Source: Eledone cirrhosa
Taxonomy: Eukaryota
Assembly (NCBI GenBank): GCA_964016885.1
Contig: OZ024741.1
Span: forward strand, 66,526,001 to 66,590,000
Length of the DNA: 64,000 bases
Reading direction: 5' to 3'
Both the position numbers and the translations under genes were made by a program. The stretch's first letter is position 1, and each line of letters begins with the position of its first letter. Shown one piece after another: positions 58,820 to 64,000 of this stretch. Below the pieces are notes generated by a model that saw nothing but the letters and a program-made list of their open reading frames with translations, searched no databases and was not told the DNA's origin.

Positions 58820-59394
58820 TAGCTTATAAAATAGGGTAAAGATGCTTAGAGACGGAAAATGAAGTGCCCATCAGGCTCTACGTGGAATCGAACCCCGTAT
58901 CTCCCTGAGACTGACTAGGTGCTTAGCGATTCAAAGTATCTAGTCGGTATCTGCGATATATGAGGTTCCCCTGCTCGTAGCGCCCGATGGCAACTTCTTT
59001 TCCGCCTCTAAGGGTCTTCCTAGCATTTTATAAGCTATTTTATAGCAACTCCATGTATGACAACATCACAATTTATATCAACTTTAACCCCACACGCTTC
59101 GTGAAGTCCGAGAGATCAACTACACGGTACGATCTTTGTTTATTTTATTTGTATTTATATTTATGTAGTATGTGGTATCCGTTGGATGAGGATTATTGTA
59201 GGATCATGGCTTACATTTACTTGAGTTCAGGGATAGCGTGGTTTTGGTGTAGATTTGTTACGGTCGGTAATTATAGGTTTTATTCATATATATGCATATA
59301 TAACACAGGTGTCCCTTAAATGAAGCAGTGTTTGATATTATGGTAGTATTAATTTCCGTTTGTAGCTGCGGTATACCTGGTGTAGGAACAGTGA

Positions 59395-59447
59395 TAGAAA
59401 GAGAGGTAGGGAGAAAGGGAGAGAGTGAGGGTGAGAGAGAAAGAGAA

Positions 59448-59480
<33 letters not shown>

Positions 59481-60160
59481 AAGAAAGAAAGAAAGAAAGA
59501 AAAAGAGAAAGAGAGAGTGAGAGAGAGAGAGAAGAAGAGAAAGAGAGAGGGGAGAAAAGGAGAGAGAAAGAAAGAGATAGATATATAGAGAGGTGGAGAG
59601 AGGAGAGAAAGAGAGACAGAGAGAGAGAGAAAGAGAAAAAGAGATAGGAGAAGAGAGAGGGGAGAGAAAGAGAGAGTGAGAGAAATAGAGAGAGAGAGAG
59701 AGAGAGAGAGCAGAAGAGAAAGAGAGAGGGGAGAAAAGGAGAGAGAAAGAAAGAGATAGATAGATATATAGAGAGGTGGAGAGAGGAGAGAAAGAGAGAC
59801 AGAGAGAGAGAGAGAGAGAAAGAGAAAAAGAGATAGGAGAAAGAGAGAGGAGAGAGAAAGTGAGAGAGAATGAAAGAGAGAAAGAGAGAGAGAATGAAAG
59901 AGAGATAAAGAAAGAGAGAGAGGGGGGGCGAGAAAGAGAGAGAGAGAGAGAAGGAAAGAGAGAAAACGATAGAAGGAGGGGGTTAAAGGGAGAGAGTGAG
60001 AGACAGAGATAGAAGGAGGGGGTTAAAGGGAGAGAGTGAGAGACAGAGATAGAAGGAGGGGGTTAAAGGGAGAGAGTGAGAGACAGAGATGCGAGGCTTC
60101 TGTTAATGAGAGAGAAAGTTATAGACAAAGATAAAGAAAGAGCTAGAAATAAAGAGAAAA
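59395..60160. repeat. GA-rich low-complexity region including three copies of a 40-bp minisatellite (~59968-60090)
   Basis: ATAGAAGGAGGGGGTTAAAGGGAGAGAGTGAGAGACAGAG repeated three times. Confidence 0.85.
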
Positions 60161-60524
60161 GAAGCAGTGTTTTGTGTTAACAGTGGATTGAATACGAAAG
60201 AATCCTTTAAGTTATCGTCTGATTTTCCCAATTCCCTCATTACCATTTCTGCCTAGATTACATCGAACAAGCTTTCAGTAATATTTTGATACAAATCCAG
60301 TTGTTGACGTAATCACATTTAATCCGCACCCGATAGATTTGCCAATTCAGTGCATTAATCCGAACCATTAGAAAGATTATAGAATTGAACGGCCGGGATT
60401 CCGACTGAATTTTGTGATAATTCTACATCCATAAGAAATTAGAATCTAATCCAGCTGTCGATGGAGCTTACACGTTGTAACATCAAAAGTACAACAACAA
60501 AAACAAAAACACCATAGTCATTAA

Positions 60525-61560
60525 TGGTTTCTGAGTTCGGCACAAGGCCAGCAATTTTGGAGGAAGGGAGGAAAGTCGTTTAAATTGACCCCAGTGCATT
60601 ACTGGTGTTTATGTCGATGGAGCTTACACGTTGTAACCTCAACAGTATAGCAATAACAAACAACAACAACAACAACACCATAGTCATAAATGGTTTGTGA
60701 TTTAGGCACAAGGCCAGCAATTTTGGAGGAAAGTCGATTAAATCGCCCCAGTGCGTTACTGGTGTTATATTTTATCGATCCCCCATAAGGATGAAGTAAA
60801 GCTAAGCTTGTCGGGACTTGAACCCAGGACGTAAAGATACGTAACTATAAGTCACAAAGAATGTTCCCCAACGCTGTACCGTTACTGCCAATCCACCGTC
60901 CTAACCGCCCTTCGTAATGGTTTCTTATATAGGCACAAGGCCAGCAATTTTTGGGGGAGGGGTAAGTCGATTAAATCGACTCCAGTCCATGACTGGTATT
61001 ATATTTTATCGACCCCGTAAGGATGAAAGGCAAAGTTAACCTCGGCGGGATTTGAACTCAGATCATAAAGGGCTGTAACTCTATGCTGCAAAGCATGGCG
61101 TCCGACTCTCTAGCGATACTGCCAATCCACCACCCTAACCGCCCTTAATAATAATAATCGTTTCTGATTTAGACACAAGGCTAGCAATCTTTGGAGGAGG
61201 AGGGGGGAGTCGATTAAATCGACCCAGTGTGTTACTGGTGTTATATTTTATCGACTCCGTAGGGATGAAAGGCAAAGTTAACCCCAGCGGGATTTGAACT
61301 CAAAAGGTAAAGGGACGTATCTATATGCCACAAAACCTGTTGTCCAATGCTCTACTGATATTTCCAATCCACAGCCCTTGCTAATGGTTTCTGATTTAGG
61401 TACAAGGCCAGCAATTTGAAGGGAATGGGAAAGTTAATTAAATTGAGCCCAGTGTGTTACTGGTACTTTATTTTATCAACCCCGTAGGATGAAAGGCAAA
61501 GTTAATCTTGATTGGCAGAGCGTCGGACAACACGCTTTATGACATAGGTTTACGCTTCTT
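60525..61560 (-). mobile_element. Head-to-tail cluster of about five SINE copies
   Basis: Repeated GGCACAAGGCCAGCAATTT...TTTTATCGACCCCGTAAGGATGAAAGGC units. Confidence 0.8.
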
Positions 61561-61670
61561 TATGATAACCTGTGTTAGGACAGGATGTGTATAGCGAATA
61601 TTTACTGCTAAATAGGAAGGGTTTTTAAGTTTGTGTGTATACGTGAGGTGTGTGTATATATATATTCATA

Positions 61671-61735
<65 letters not shown>

Positions 61736-61781
61736 ATGTGCGTGTGTATATGTGTGTATGTCTGTGACCAGTGTATATAGG

Positions 61782-61833
<52 letters not shown>

Positions 61834-62478
61834 GGGTCTTCCAGTTTCATTTTACATTATATACATGTCTGTGCATATTTTAATTATTTAAAAATTATTT
61901 TTCAGTGAACATGATTTAAAAAAAAAAATTTGAGTGAAGGTTACCTAACGGGTCACTTGTGGTCTTGTTTTTATATAATACTTCCTGTTTTTCTATATAA
62001 TATTAAATATTAAGTAAGCCAGTTACTATTGATAGTCTTTTTTTAATTTCACATCAAACCTCGGGTTTATTTGAATTTCAGTATTCTTCTACTTGGATAG
62101 TTTCTCCAGCTATTTCTAGATAATATATGGCTTTTATACTTTCATCTACTTTCTCATACAACAAGATTTGCCCTTCCTTACCCCTTCCCCATTTTCGTAT
62201 TACTTAATTTTGCTTTTATCTTTCATTCTCATATTTATGTATCTTTTGAAAATAAAATTGTAATGCATTTAAACAAAATATTTTAGTTAGAAAGAATAGA
62301 AATGTCTATCAAAGTGCCAATATTTGATAATTGTATTTGGAGAGTTGTTTTGTTCAGAGACATAGCCTTTAATTGAGGGTGGACTGAAAAGTTCCTAGCC
62401 TGACTATGAAGGAATAGTGTTAGAGCTGTGAAATCTTGCATAAATTAATTTCAACTCTTCTTATAAATAACTGCATTT

Positions 62479-62698
62479 AGGGCGGTGGATTGGCACTATC
62501 GTTAGAGCGTCGGACAATATGCTTTATGGCATAGAGTTACGCCCCTTTACGAGCTGAGCTCAAATCCCGGCGAGGTTAGCTTTACCTTTCATCCTTACGG
62601 GGTCGATAAAATAAAGCACCAGTAATGCATTAGGGTAGATTTAATCTACTTTCCCCTTCTCCAAAATTGCTGGCCTTGTGCCTAAAGTAGAAAAAATT
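62479..62698 (+). mobile_element. SINE with a 12-bp TSD inside a mariner-MITE remnant (62374-62720)
   Basis: AATAACTGCATT at 62466-62477 and 62699-62710. Confidence 0.85.
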
Positions 62699-63438
62699 AA
62701 TAACTGCATTATTTCTTTTTAGGTAAACTGATATCTGACTATTCAAAGAAGAATTCAAAAGTAACTGGTAGCTACATCTCTTGAAAGTAGACAAAATTTG
62801 GCAACTTGTACATGCAGAAAAATGGTTTAGCCCTCAAGGACATTCATGCTTACATCTCCATTATTGTAACCTGTAGTATGTACACAGACATATATTAAGT
62901 TAAAAACCCTTACTAAATGCATGTATCTACACGTAATTATACGTGTAGATACATGCAGGTCATCGGTCATTGTGTGAGTGAATATGTGTGTTTTGCCATA
63001 CATACACACACACATATATATATATATATATATCTATATATATCTATGTATGTATATGTATATATATATATACACATATATATATATACACAGAGATATC
63101 CACGGTAAGTTGTGGGGTCTAGTCTGCATGAAGAACTCAATGTAATCCATATGTTGAAAATGTTGTAGGTTAAAATAAATCCCGGAAAACAATAAAACAT
63201 TAAAAGAAAAACAGAGTCATGATATAAGTTAAAACAATGAAATAAAAAATCAAGTCATTAGAAATATACTTCACTGCTTTACGATCGTTTCTAGGTGATG
63301 ATAATACATCGTAACTATACTTCGATATCAATCTATGTAAGGTTAGTTACAAAATATCAGATAAAGAGAATATTTACTTACATGCATATCACCAGCTGTT
63401 GTCAAAAGCAATGACTTGATTTTTTATTTCATTGTTTT

Positions 63439-63478
<40 letters not shown>

Positions 63479-63774
63479 CATATATATGTATGTATACACC
63501 ACCCCCTCCACACACACATACATATATATATTTTTATATATAAATTCATACCCATGTTTGTAGGTTTAGGTGTATACGCATGGACTGTTCTGCTTCCACA
63601 TATTTTTACATTTCCTTCAATGGCTTCCAATAGTAATTTTCTACTTCGCTATATAATTACTGGCTTTTAATGAAATTTATCTTCTCAATATTGATCCCCG
63701 GGGTACTAGTTACATAGTCGAGTATCTCAATAATCACAGGTATGTATATAAAAGTATTTCTCAAAGTGTAGTAC

Positions 63775-63971
63775 TTGCAGATTTCTCATCAGTTTGATAT
63801 AGATGTTCGGCTCTTCTTTTACATTCAACATCAGCTTAACGTCTGCAGAATTGACTTCCATTACTGTACACTGCTCACACATTCCTTCTTTCAGAACGTC
63901 AGCTTCTGGAATTCTATCCATATGTATGTTTCCTTTGTATGTTTCTCCAAAATACAAATATCTTAGCAGGC
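63775..63971 (-). CDS. Possible host-gene internal exon (weak S1/OB-fold-like pattern)
   Basis: Strong polypyrimidine tract plus CAG acceptor (63972-63999 on -). Open non-repetitive frame GLLRYLYFGETYKGNIHMDRIPEADVLKEGMCEQCTVMEVN... The donor (GTACTA) is weak. Confidence 0.3.
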
Positions 63972-64000
63972 CTGCAAAAAACAAACAAACAAAAAACATT

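Overview
Repeat-saturated eukaryotic DNA with abundant microsatellites and one 200-nt N gap. The SINE repertoire suggests an octopus or other cephalopod genome (inference). No host gene is confidently identified; one possible exon lies near 63.8-64.0 kb. Recognisable mobile elements: two full-length but frameshifted Tx1/L1-clade LINEs, both sitting in (TATC)n; an R4/Dong-type RLE LINE 3' end in (CATA)n; CR1, RTE, Tc1/mariner and Penelope (GIY-YIG) fragments; and many tRNA-derived SINEs. The main discovery is RNA-structural. The 13.2-kb array of 28 near-identical 469-bp units (33248-46411, followed by an inverted 1.5-unit tail) carries a complete type I hammerhead ribozyme on the minus strand of every unit, so it resembles a retrozyme concatemer. 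At least five other fold-back (long inverted repeat) elements, most beside (TA)n tracts, also carry hammerhead folds. These include non-canonical cores (a compensatory U3-A8 variant, and a CUAAGGA core shared by two diverged copies) with greatly extended stem II. Together they suggest a diverse family of ribozyme-bearing, fold-back, probably Penelope-mobilised non-coding retroelements. Ribozyme activity and novelty are untested.
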